Source: Eubacterium sp.
GTDB taxonomy: Bacteria > Bacillota > Clostridia > Lachnospirales > Lachnospiraceae
Length of the DNA: 64,000 nt
NCBI GenBank assembly: GCA_045629925.1
Contig: JAZQSD010000091.1
Coordinates: forward strand, 547 to 64,546
Reading direction: 5' to 3'
Shown here: piece after piece, positions 52,844 to 62,324 of the stretch
How the letters are laid out: the number at the start of each line of letters is the position of its first letter
Position numbering within the stretch: the stretch's first letter is position 1
Translations under genes and position numbers: made by a program
The notes under the pieces: generated by a model
What the model saw: the letters and a program-made list of their open reading frames with translations, nothing else
Databases searched by the model: none
Told to the model about the DNA's origin: nothing

Positions 52844-54090
52844 GGTTTTCTCGATTCTACCGCTTCATACAGTTCTTGCTGTCCATATAGTTTCTCTAGC
52901 TCCTTGCCGAACCCTTTTTCTGTTATGCGATGCATGCGGGTCAATCTACCCTTTCGTTCCCAGGTTCTTTCACCTTGATCATATTCATATAGTGGCCGTA
53001 TATCTATCTGCCCCTCTGTCATCCCCAGAATTTCACACACCTGAAGCACTTTCCTACTTTTATTCTCCAAACGTCCCATGTGAATCAAAATATCAATCCC
53101 TGATGAAATCTGACTTCGAACTGCTTGTAGCGGAATTTCCAACCCCATAAGTACAAGTATCTCTAAGCGGCTCAACATATCCCGACAAGAATTCCCATGC
53201 CCCGTAGACATACTTCCGCTATGCCCTGTATTATTTGCCTGAAGCAATTCTATTGCCTCTGGCCCGCGAACTTCTCCAACGATAATTCTATCTGGCCGCA
53301 TTCTCAACGAAGTCCTTATCAAATCTCTGATTGTTATTGACGATGCTCCATTTAAATTGGCCTCTCTGGCTTCCAAACGCACAAGATTCTCCACTCCTTG
53401 CAATTGCAGTTCTGCAGAATCTTCTATCGTGATCACTCTTTCGCCATCAGGTATTGCCATAGAAAGTGCATTTAAAAAGGTTGTCTTTCCACTACCCGTT
53501 CCACCGGACACAAAGATGTTGTATCCAGCCCGCACTATTAATTCCAAAAATTGTTTCAACTCCTGTGAAATCGTTCCCATTTCCACCAATTTCCCTAAGG
53601 ACATATAGCTCCTGCCAAACTTTCGAACAGTGACACAATACCCCTCAACAGATGCTGGTGGCGCAACAATATTCACACGAGATCCATCGCTCAAACGGGT
53701 ATCCACAATTGGCTCTGCCTCACTGATAGACTTGTTCCCCAGTGCAGCAATTTGCCGCACTACATTTTCCAGCATATCTTCCGAAGAAAAAACCTTATCC
53801 CACCGATGCAATGCACCTTTTTTTTCATAAAATATATTCTTATGGCCATTTACCATGATTTCTGTTACATCCTGTTGCTCAAGCAATTCCTGCAGCACAT
53901 CCAGTTTTCGAAAAGAATTAAACAACTGCACTTGTATCCTTTGCCGCTGCTCCAATGTTAGCAAGTGTTTTTCAGAAAAGCTTTTTATGTGCCGTTGTAT
54001 TGCATCCCGCAACACTTCATCTGACACATCCTTCTCCGCATCAAGATCCTCTAAAATCTGATTCCTGATCAATTCAATCCAATCATTCAC
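52840..54090 (-). CDS. cpaF: CpaF/TadA pilus assembly ATPase
   Basis: VTEIMVNG, SGGTGSGKTT, IEDSAEL, LRMRPDRIIVGEVRG and NTGH motifs. Confidence 0.93.
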   Translation of the reverse strand: MNDWIELIRNQILEDLDAEKDVSDEVLRDAIQRHIKSFSEKHLLTLEQRQRIQVQLFNSFRKLDVLQELLEQQDVTEIMVNGHKNIFYEKKGALHRWDKVFSSEDMLENVVRQIAALGNKSISEAEPIVDTRLSDGSRVNIVAPPASVEGYCVTVRKFGRSYMSLGKLVEMGTISQELKQFLELIVRAGYNIFVSGGTGSGKTTFLNALSMAIPDGERVITIEDSAELQLQGVENLVRLEAREANLNGASSITIRDLIRTSLRMRPDRIIVGEVRGPEAIELLQANNTGHSGSMSTGHGNSCRDMLSRLEILVLMGLEIPLQAVRSQISSGIDILIHMGRLENKSRKVLQVCEILGMTEGQIDIRPLYEYDQGERTWERKGRLTRMHRITEKGFGKELEKLYGQQELYEAVESRKP

Positions 54091-54094
54091 CCTA

Positions 54095-55087
54095 TCAATC
54101 CTCCTGCAACAGTCTTTTTACCGCAGCCCCAATTGCCGACTCTGACCACTGCAAAAGCAAATGTTCTCCAGCATCCATATCTGACAAATCAGGAAGCGTA
54201 AACCAGCATAACCTACCATTCTCTACACCTATCTTTTTATAAAATGCAGTAAATTCTTTTTCACAGCATGTGCTGTACGCATCCTCTCCCAGAATGCCAA
54301 AAACCTTTTCACTTTCCTGAAACAATTCTACAATTCCACGCACCATGTTGCCTGCGATCCAAACAACCTCGTCGTACTGCTGATCCTTCCTGATTCTCTG
54401 GAACAAATTATCCATATCGCCCTCGGTAAGTTCATACAAAACCATCGGCGTATCAGTAACATTTAACAGATCTATCCCAGGAAGCGTATTCACTTCCGGA
54501 AGTGGAATCTCCGCAAGTTCTTCTTTCTGCGCCTTTCTTAGCGCCAGCACAAAATCTTCTATCCCTCCACATTGCTCAAGTCCAAGTAGTGTGGATATCC
54601 CAGAAAATTCCATAAATATCAATACCAACGTTCTCTTTCTTACACTTAATCGCTGTGCCAAAGATATCCCAAATGGGATCATTGACCTATGATGTGAAGG
54701 CGAGATCACCCCATACCACTTCTGACGACTGCCTACCGCATCCACACCGCACCAGCTTTGCTGGTTTGGGATATATTTGGTCAATGCTCGTCCAATTCGT
54801 GATACAGACTGGTATTTATAGATACTTTCCTTGTACCGGTCTGGATCCTCTATCGAATCTCCTTCGTGCAAATGCAAGAACGTGCAGTTTTCCCCATAAC
54901 ACCTCTGCAAAAACTGCTCCCCGCCACTTGTCAGCACCAATTGTGCATGTTCCACGCAATTTGCCGAATCTTCCTCTGTAATTGTGCTGACAGATGCTTT
55001 TTCCTTAAACAGCTTGTTAAGTCCTGCCGCTAATCTTTTCATATATACTTCATCGGAATCACATAAAAGAATCGAAAATTTTCCCAT
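54095..55087 (-). CDS. CpaE/TadZ-like protein (receiver-like N-terminus, degenerate MinD-like domain)
   Basis: Position before cpaF; ILLCD.D..Y..RL and IYKYQS; no intact Walker A. Confidence 0.6.
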   Translation of the reverse strand: MGKFSILLCDSDEVYMKRLAAGLNKLFKEKASVSTITEEDSANCVEHAQLVLTSGGEQFLQRCYGENCTFLHLHEGDSIEDPDRYKESIYKYQSVSRIGRALTKYIPNQQSWCGVDAVGSRQKWYGVISPSHHRSMIPFGISLAQRLSVRKRTLVLIFMEFSGISTLLGLEQCGGIEDFVLALRKAQKEELAEIPLPEVNTLPGIDLLNVTDTPMVLYELTEGDMDNLFQRIRKDQQYDEVVWIAGNMVRGIVELFQESEKVFGILGEDAYSTCCEKEFTAFYKKIGVENGRLCWFTLPDLSDMDAGEHLLLQWSESAIGAAVKRLLQED

Positions 55088-55571
55088 ACTTAGCTCCTAT
55101 TGTCAGGAAAAAACCTAAGTAAATAGCGATCGAAAAGTGCATTTGCCGCTGTTTTACATTTCTTCCTGGATATTTCTCAATTTTCTTAGTCTGGTAAACT
55201 TTCCGAACATAAAGATAAAAACAAGATAAACTCTCAAAGAGTTGTCCATGAATCAGCAATTTGCTGATGGATATGACCGCACCGGCCACAAATGATAATA
55301 AAATACATGATAATAAGTCTTGAAAAGGCCAAAAACAGCCCACCACAGAAAATAATTTGATATCGCCCGCACCTAAGGCGCGCATTAGAAAAAGAAGATA
55401 AAAGATGATCACCGGGCACCCAATTCCCAGCAACACTTGATACCAGAGGTCTCCGCACAACAAGATCCTCCACACCGCACCGCACCCCAATCCTGCGATG
55501 ATCAACCAGTTAGGAATCTTGTCTGACCTATAATCCGATATCACTGCCACAGTAAGTATTCCCTGCAGCAT
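55059..55571 (-). CDS. A24 family prepilin peptidase (TadV/CpaA-like)
   Basis: SD....KIPN and LGAGDIKL motifs. Confidence 0.88.
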   Translation of the reverse strand: MLQGILTVAVISDYRSDKIPNWLIIAGLGCGAVWRILLCGDLWYQVLLGIGCPVIIFYLLFLMRALGAGDIKLFSVVGCFWPFQDLLSCILLSFVAGAVISISKLLIHGQLFESLSCFYLYVRKVYQTKKIEKYPGRNVKQRQMHFSIAIYLGFFLTIGAKYGKIFDSFM

Positions 55572-55617
55572 CAAATCCGCCCCGGATTCATTGGCCTCAC
55601 CTCACTTTGTGGACTTG

Positions 55618-55646
55618 ATTATAGATCCTCAAGAAAAACTTGTCTA
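55618..55646 (-). promoter_or_regulatory. SigA-type promoter of the Tad locus
   Basis: TAGACA-17 bp-TATAAT. Confidence 0.6.
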
Positions 55647-55684
55647 TTGGTCAAACTGCACAACCAAAATTCCATTGGCATTTT

Positions 55685-55975
55685 TCACAAAAGTCCAAGC
55701 AAAAGCACCCCGTACAGTAACAGAAACCCTCCAAAACCAAGGCTTCCCAGCGTCAACGCACTGACAGCATTCAGGCCTACTGCTATATCAATTCCTCTGT
55801 GAGCCAAAATAGAATTTGCTATGTATACGCACACAAGTCCAACCACCATTCTAACGAAAAAATTCAGGACAAACTCCGCTTTTTTGCGCAATAATCCAAT
55901 CAATAGCACCAGTCCGCACACACCTGCAATGGTAATTACAGCATACTTTAAATCCATATTTTTCCTTTTCGTCAT
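55685..55975 (-). CDS. bofA: Pro-sigmaK processing inhibitor BofA family protein
   Basis: Small hydrophobic protein with VGLN...GSLGFGG; adjacent to yaaL. Confidence 0.7.
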   Translation of the reverse strand: MTKRKNMDLKYAVITIAGVCGLVLLIGLLRKKAEFVLNFFVRMVVGLVCVYIANSILAHRGIDIAVGLNAVSALTLGSLGFGGFLLLYGVLLLGLL

Positions 55976-56089
55976 TTTTACTTAAATATACTTTTCAAAA
56001 GAGAAAAATATTCTATTTTTGTATATTTTTCCTATATCTGACAGATACTTTATCTGTCATTAAAAACCCATTCCACACATTATAACGAG

Positions 56090-56335
56090 GTGAAGATTTT
56101 GAGAAGCAAACATTCTATTTCAAAAGTTACAGAGATGGGATATACCCAAATGTTAAGCAATATCAAGCAGGCAATAAAAGATCTGGACTGTGCATATCTC
56201 AATTTTGAGCATGCTACAGATCCAGATCTGATTGACTGCTATATATATCAGGTAAAGTCTGCCCAGATGCGCTACAAATTCTTGCTTAACAGCATCAAAC
56301 AGGCAGATGTCCGTCGTGAACAGAATCTTTTTTAA
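56090..56335 (+). CDS. YaaL/DUF2508 family protein
   Basis: A..NF..ATDPDLIDCYIY...A..RY.FLL. Confidence 0.8.
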   Translation: MKILRSKHSISKVTEMGYTQMLSNIKQAIKDLDCAYLNFEHATDPDLIDCYIYQVKSAQMRYKFLLNSIKQADVRREQNLF

Positions 56336-56351
56336 ATTTTTTCAAAAGATA

Positions 56352-58316
56352 CTATTCTTTTTCGTATTCAAACACATGCTGGTCCAAAGTCAATGTTGTC
56401 GGTTCTTCTGACAACATTAATTTTGGTGTCTTTATAACAGGCGCTTTCTCATTAGACACTGTTGCCAGCACCAGTCTTACCTGTGTCTGTTTTATCTCGG
56501 TTGTGTATGTTTCAACCTGTGCCATCAGGCTCTCCTGCATTTCTTTGTTTGTGATAGTATCGGTCTTAGTCACCTCGGTCTCTCCTGCTGCCACAAGACT
56601 GATCCTTACCACTCCGTCATTCACCACTACATCAGGAATCCAATATCCTTCTTTGCTGTAAGATGTAAGTTCATTCAAACCACTTTCTGCAATCTCAGAA
56701 ATCACCAGTTTTTCTCCAGCAAAACCATTACCGCCTTGCTTTGAAAATACATAGATACAATCTTCATCTACAAATCCCATTGGCTTGATAACATATCCAT
56801 CCGGCGCATTTTCCTTAACAACCTTGCCTGTTTTAAGATCCATAACCTGAAGTGTGACTGCCCCATCTGCCAGCGTCGGATCCACCCACGCAACATATCG
56901 GCCATTGTCAGAGAAACGACTGACACTTTCGTTCAGTCCATCCAACAGCACACTGTATTCCTTTGTGGCCAGATCAATCTCATACAAGCTATCTCCAAGC
57001 ATCAGGAAAAATGTTCTCTCGTCATTTATATATAACAACTGACTGATAGATTTTCTCATCACGTTATAAGACACTGTAGTAGGAAGGAAAAGCTGTTCCT
57101 CAACCGTATTTGTCACACTGTCATAATGACAAACACTGATTCCAACCTGCCCTTCATGGTCACCTCTGTTCATGTAACCATAGACAATAAAGTCAATACT
57201 TCCTGTCTCATCTGCACGAATGATACGAATATCATGCTGTCCGTAGTTCTCACGCACATCTACCTCTGTGCCGCTTCTAAAACTGTACACCTGCACCAGC
57301 TGATTTGTTGACTGATTGTAGCTCCACAAGTCACCTTCCTGCACAAAGCATACGTTTGTACCAGTTTCGTTGGACCAGAAATCCACATCTTCAGACCGGA
57401 TACCTAACTGCAAATAATTTTTATAAACATTTCCTCTGTGTCCTTGGAAAATTTCCTGCACGTCTCGCTGATAATCCAGCAAATACATACGCTGGATTCC
57501 CTGGCGAACTTTATAATATTCTTTTACATTAAAGTACTCTGTGATTCCTTTTTCATTTACAGCGCTGACTGTTGTCGTAAGGAGAATCTCATTATAATCA
57601 GGATTCATCTCATAAACAGAAACTACTGGAGCTGTAACCTCAGTAACTTCCATCTTGTTCCATGCCGTCTGGCGCAATCTGCTATGAATCGTTACATACT
57701 GTAAGGTTGTATTGTCCGCATCTGCATTTGGTTCCAAGAACATACTCAGTTCTGCCGAACGGTCTTTGTCCAATGTTTTCTGATGAAAATCCATTACAAA
57801 AGCCACACACTCATCGTTGTCGCAGCCTGCATCCTTCATCAGCTTTGTATAATAGTATACACTGTCATCCTGCCGATCCATCTGCAGTGTCAGCATATAT
57901 TCTGTCTCTGCCTGAAGCAGATCCTGCAATGGAATCTGTGCTCTGGCAACATCATCTTCTATCTCAAAAGGAATTTCCTGACCATCCTGGATCAAGCGTT
58001 CCCCATCAATGCTCCGCACCTGATAAGACAGATTCGACAATTCGTTGCCGTACGTATCCACTTCCAACTCCAACACATTATCATCTGGCAATGGCGTAAT
58101 GTCTTCGCCCATGGTAATGGTTTCCATCTCCTTCACATAGCCGTGAAGTTCGCTGAGACGGGTCTGGTTTTTCATCATATACACAACCGGCAGCCCTGCA
58201 TCCTTCATCTCCGCAGTCATGTCCTCCGGCTCATGATTCAGTGTTTTTGAAAAAACCAGCAAAGCCACCACAAAAACTGCCGCCAGAACACCTACTCTTT
58301 TCAAAATATTATTCAT
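56352..58316 (-). CDS. Conserved hypothetical membrane-anchored protein (654 aa)
   Basis: Long ORF with N-terminal TM; beta-rich; GYMNRG.HEG motif; ATGA-type coupling to the upstream gene. Confidence 0.7.
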   Translation of the reverse strand: MNNILKRVGVLAAVFVVALLVFSKTLNHEPEDMTAEMKDAGLPVVYMMKNQTRLSELHGYVKEMETITMGEDITPLPDDNVLELEVDTYGNELSNLSYQVRSIDGERLIQDGQEIPFEIEDDVARAQIPLQDLLQAETEYMLTLQMDRQDDSVYYYTKLMKDAGCDNDECVAFVMDFHQKTLDKDRSAELSMFLEPNADADNTTLQYVTIHSRLRQTAWNKMEVTEVTAPVVSVYEMNPDYNEILLTTTVSAVNEKGITEYFNVKEYYKVRQGIQRMYLLDYQRDVQEIFQGHRGNVYKNYLQLGIRSEDVDFWSNETGTNVCFVQEGDLWSYNQSTNQLVQVYSFRSGTEVDVRENYGQHDIRIIRADETGSIDFIVYGYMNRGDHEGQVGISVCHYDSVTNTVEEQLFLPTTVSYNVMRKSISQLLYINDERTFFLMLGDSLYEIDLATKEYSVLLDGLNESVSRFSDNGRYVAWVDPTLADGAVTLQVMDLKTGKVVKENAPDGYVIKPMGFVDEDCIYVFSKQGGNGFAGEKLVISEIAESGLNELTSYSKEGYWIPDVVVNDGVVRISLVAAGETEVTKTDTITNKEMQESLMAQVETYTTEIKQTQVRLVLATVSNEKAPVIKTPKLMLSEEPTTLTLDQHVFEYEKE

Positions 58317-59475
58317 GGGTGTCCTCCTTTTTACGCAGCATGGCCAAGGTCTGACTTACATGCAATGCATCCATCAGCTGGTGCACCTGACTGTTTTCTC
58401 CCTTCTCAGATTTTGTTTTTACGCCTCTGATCAGGATATTCTTTGGAGTATGTTCCATATCGATAAATTCTAATATCTGAACCTGATAACCGGCCTCTTC
58501 TAACAGATTGGCTCTTATGGCATCTGTAAAAAGCGCCGCCACTCTTTCCTTGATAAGCCCATATTTTAACACTGGGGCAAGCAGCTCATTTTCAATCTGC
58601 CCATTCACTTCATGCTGACAGCATGGCACAGACAAGATCACTTTCGCTCCCCAGCGCACAGCTTTGTCCAAGGCAAAGTCCGTAGCAGTGTCGCAGGCAT
58701 GAAGTGTAACCACCATGTCAACCTGATCGACACCTTCATAATCTGCGATATCCCCTGCTAAAAAGTCCAATTTTTCATATCCATATCGGTCTTTTAGCTC
58801 ATTGCAATGAGCGATCACGTCTTTTTTCAAGTCTAATCCAATAATCCGGATATCATATTTTTTCAGCTCATGCAGATAATAATACATGGCAAATGTAAGA
58901 TACGACTTGCCGCAGCCAAAGTCTAATATTACCACTTCCCCGTCCTTAGGAAGCGCTGGCAAAATGTCTTCTATAAATTCCAAGAAGCGATTGATCTGAC
59001 GGAATTTATCATATCTGCTGTTAACAATCTTGCCTTCTTTGGTCTGTACACCAAGGTCCACTAAGAAAGGAACTTTTACGTCCGGATCCAGAATATATTT
59101 TTTTGCCCGGTTATGAGACAGATCCACACAGGCATCCACACAAGCCTGCTTGGATGTTTTCACCGTCACTTTCCCTTTCTTGCTGACAAGTGCATGGACT
59201 TTTCCCTGCAGATGCACCAACTCCAGCTGACGCATTTCTTTCATCCATTCAGAAACTCGCTCTGGAACTTCCTGCGCATCCATATTGTGGTGAAACACCT
59301 GATTATTCTTGTATTCGCTGGCCTGAAAAACAAGCTGGCCTTTAAGAAGCATTGGACGAATCTGAATCTTTTTAACCCCGTCCTTTCCTCTTGGATTGCT
59401 CAAAATAATCTGCACCAATTTATCATTCAAATATTTTTCTATTATTTCTTTCCACTGTTCCATATTTGATCCCAT
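58309..59475 (-). CDS. SAM-dependent methyltransferase
   Basis: ILDFGCGKSYL, LHACD.ATD, PCC and HTPKN motifs. Confidence 0.88.
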   Translation of the reverse strand: MGSNMEQWKEIIEKYLNDKLVQIILSNPRGKDGVKKIQIRPMLLKGQLVFQASEYKNNQVFHHNMDAQEVPERVSEWMKEMRQLELVHLQGKVHALVSKKGKVTVKTSKQACVDACVDLSHNRAKKYILDPDVKVPFLVDLGVQTKEGKIVNSRYDKFRQINRFLEFIEDILPALPKDGEVVILDFGCGKSYLTFAMYYYLHELKKYDIRIIGLDLKKDVIAHCNELKDRYGYEKLDFLAGDIADYEGVDQVDMVVTLHACDTATDFALDKAVRWGAKVILSVPCCQHEVNGQIENELLAPVLKYGLIKERVAALFTDAIRANLLEEAGYQVQILEFIDMEHTPKNILIRGVKTKSEKGENSQVHQLMDALHVSQTLAMLRKKEDTHE

Positions 59476-59548
59476 TAACCCATTGTTTTTCTATATATGT
59501 TATCTTACTGTTTTCCGCATCAAAGCACAAGAACAAACTGCATCAGTT

Positions 59549-59968
59549 TCACCAATAGCGCCTTCTACAGCGACGATGTCGACAACGTCTAAAGTACATC
59601 TCTTCAATCAACATTACCTGGATCAGCTGATACAGAGGACTTTTGTAATATCCCATCCCTGTCAGTTCCTCCTCCGGATGCATATGTCCATACACCTTTT
59701 TGCAAACAGATTCAATTGTATAACGATCTGGATATTCATCAAACATGGCGCTGCCTTCATATTCCATCTGATCGCACTGCTCCTTGATGTAGACTTGGAT
59801 TTCTCTGGCCTCCCTTGGAAAAAGTTCCTGAAGTTTTCGAAAATCTGTTTCGTATGCCGCCTCCTCTGGATACATCCCATAGTGTCCATACATAGAACAC
59901 ACCGGGTAATACAAGTTGTTTTGATACACTTCATTCATATATGCAAAATAATCTCTGTCAAGATTCAT
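59549..59968 (-). CDS. Tyr-rich hypothetical protein, probably sporulation/spore-coat related
   Basis: CD.MEYEGS.MFDEYPD and a basic RRCRHRR C-terminus; SigK-like promoter upstream. Confidence 0.65.
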   Translation of the reverse strand: MNLDRDYFAYMNEVYQNNLYYPVCSMYGHYGMYPEEAAYETDFRKLQELFPREAREIQVYIKEQCDQMEYEGSAMFDEYPDRYTIESVCKKVYGHMHPEEELTGMGYYKSPLYQLIQVMLIEEMYFRRCRHRRCRRRYW

Positions 59969-60107
59969 CCTAACACCTCATTATTTTTTATTTAGCATAT
60001 GCATTTTTCTAAAATATGTTCATCTTCACCACTACCATTGTTTTCTTTTTGTACAAACTATGCTATACTAAAGTCTAAAATTTGGACACATGAAAGGATT
60101 TGCACCT

Positions 60108-60656
60108 ATGAATCTTAACGCAAAATTTTTAGAAAAAAAGGACGAACTGAACATTCATCAGCTTGGTTTTTCCACTACTGACAAAATTGTTTTCACTGAA
60201 AACGTGCGTGAACTTTGTCGCGCAAATGCCTGCGGCACATATGGTAAGAAGTGGGTTTGCCCACCTGCAGTAGGCACTACAGAAGAATGCAAAGCAAAAA
60301 TCCTTGCTTACAATGATATTTTTGTTTTTACAACTCTGCATCAGTTAGAAGATTCTTTTGACTTCGAAGGCATGATGGACGGCAAAGCCCGTCACAGTGA
60401 AATCTGTCTGGATGTAATCGCCTATTTTAAAGAACTCTATAATGATGATATTTTAATTCTCTCTGCTGAAGGCTGTGACAAATGCACCACTTGCACATAT
60501 CCTGACGCACCTTGCCGCTTCCCTGAAGAAACTTACCCTTCCATCGAAAGCTACGGCGCAGAGGTAAACCGATTGGCAAAAACAGTAAACGTGAACTATA
60601 TCAACGGCGCAAACACTGTTACATATTTTGGCTGTATCTGCTACAACAAAAAATAG
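60108..60656 (+). CDS. DUF2284 metal-binding protein
   Basis: C..NAC..YG..W.CPP and C..C..C.YP..PCRFP...PSIE motifs. Confidence 0.82.
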   Translation: MNLNAKFLEKKDELNIHQLGFSTTDKIVFTENVRELCRANACGTYGKKWVCPPAVGTTEECKAKILAYNDIFVFTTLHQLEDSFDFEGMMDGKARHSEICLDVIAYFKELYNDDILILSAEGCDKCTTCTYPDAPCRFPEETYPSIESYGAEVNRLAKTVNVNYINGANTVTYFGCICYNKK

Positions 60657-60688
60657 ACAATTATACCATCAACTAAGGATTTTTACAT

Positions 60689-62065
60689 ATGGAACACGAA
60701 CTGTACTTATCAAAACTTAAAACCAGTATTAACATCCTGTCGGATATTCTGGATACTGAAAACTACGGTATGTGCATTGTTGACAGAGACGGTCGCATTG
60801 TCTTATGGAATTACGAGAAATTCTTTCATCTGAAAGAATCTGAAGTTCTTGGAAAACCAGTTACTGAAGTATTGGAAAACACTCGTTTGCACATCGTTGC
60901 GCAGACTGGCAAAAAGGAACTCTTTCAGCTTCAGAAGATCAATGGAACCAATGTCATTGCCAACCGAATCCCCTTGGAATATAACGGAGAATTAATCGGT
61001 GCTGCCGGAACCATTTTATTTAGAGACACCCAGGAACTTGGTGCCATTTACAATCAATTGGAAAAAATCGAGAACAGTTTTAAAGCATACCAAAGCGAGA
61101 TCGCTACTATGTATCGGGCAAAATATACTTTTGACGACATCCATACAATGAACGATAAAATGTTGTCTTTAAAGGAATTCTGCCGGGTTATCGCTCAATC
61201 TGACGCCTCCGTTCTTATCCGTGGCGAAAGTGGAACTGGTAAAGAATTGGTTGCTCAGGCTATCCACAATGGCGGGCCAACTGCACCACATCCGTTTATC
61301 AGCATTGACTGTGCCTCCATTCCAACAGACATGTTAGAGTTGGAACTTTTTGGCGTCGAAGGAAACGAAGCAGATCAACAATCTCGAATCGGAAAGCTAG
61401 AATTAGCCGGCGAAGGCACTCTGTTTTTAGACGAACTCGGAAGCATGTCGCTGGATATGCAGACAAAGCTGCTCCGCGTTTTAGAAACAAGAGAATTCGA
61501 AAGAACTGGAAGCAATAAGAAACTTGAATTTAAGGCCCGTGTTATCGCTGCCACCAACGAAAATCTAGAACAGGCCATTGAAGGCAAACGATTCCGTCAG
61601 GATCTTTTCTACAGATTAAATGTTATCCCTGTTCAATTGCCTCCTCTGAGGGAAAAAATGAACGACATTCCACTGCTCTGTGAGGTTCTGATGCCAAAAC
61701 CAAAATTCAGCTACCACACAGAAAAACCTACTGTAGATCAGCAAACACTGCGTATTTTGTCGAAACACGATTGGCCAGGAAACGTCCGTGAACTTAGAAA
61801 TGTTCTAGAACGTGCCTCTATTGTTTGCACGGGAACTACAATCTCCCCAGAACATTTACCTGAATATTTGCTAAAATACAATGTGGCAAGTCCAGGCTCC
61901 ACTGGAAAAGGATTTTTCCGTCAGGAAATTGAAAATTTAGAGCGCAGAATGATCCAAAATGCTCTTTTAAACAACAAAGGGAACAAAGTGGAAGCGGCCA
62001 AACAGCTTGGCATCCAACGTTCTTTGCTTTACAAGAAGATCAGCGATTACGGAATGGACAAATAA
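60689..62065 (+). CDS. PAS-AAA+-Fis HTH (bEBP-like) transcriptional regulator
   Basis: GESGTGKE, LFLDE, FRQDLFYRLNV, WPGNVREL and a C-terminal HTH; GAFTGA absent. Confidence 0.9.
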   Translation: MEHELYLSKLKTSINILSDILDTENYGMCIVDRDGRIVLWNYEKFFHLKESEVLGKPVTEVLENTRLHIVAQTGKKELFQLQKINGTNVIANRIPLEYNGELIGAAGTILFRDTQELGAIYNQLEKIENSFKAYQSEIATMYRAKYTFDDIHTMNDKMLSLKEFCRVIAQSDASVLIRGESGTGKELVAQAIHNGGPTAPHPFISIDCASIPTDMLELELFGVEGNEADQQSRIGKLELAGEGTLFLDELGSMSLDMQTKLLRVLETREFERTGSNKKLEFKARVIAATNENLEQAIEGKRFRQDLFYRLNVIPVQLPPLREKMNDIPLLCEVLMPKPKFSYHTEKPTVDQQTLRILSKHDWPGNVRELRNVLERASIVCTGTTISPEHLPEYLLKYNVASPGSTGKGFFRQEIENLERRMIQNALLNNKGNKVEAAKQLGIQRSLLYKKISDYGMDK

Positions 62066-62096
62066 CAAACATCATCTTTTGATCTTTAAACGAGAA

Positions 62097-62148
62097 AACC
62101 CACATAACAAACACTGTCGACGTGTGTTTGTTATGTGGGTTGTTTTTT
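62097..62148 (+). terminator. Terminator after the regulator gene
   Basis: 18-bp stem AACCCACATAACAAACAC/GTGTTTGTTATGTGGGTT followed by GTTTTTT. Confidence 0.8.
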
Positions 62149-62324
62149 CTCTTTGAACCGGTCGTTTCTATTTCCTGCTCCCCAGAAAATAGTATTCCAG
62201 ATTCATAATTCATTTATATTATATACTCCACCTGAATTTCAGATATTAATTATACGAAAAATCACGGGCTCCCTCTTCCCATATGTGATCTGTCGTCTTA
62301 ATTGAAAACACTAAGTTCTCAATC

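Noticed and set aside
62039-62213. About 57-codon minus-strand ORF downstream of ctfB
   Set aside because: It runs through the terminator hairpin and into the regulator's 3' end, has poor RBS spacing and shows no motifs.
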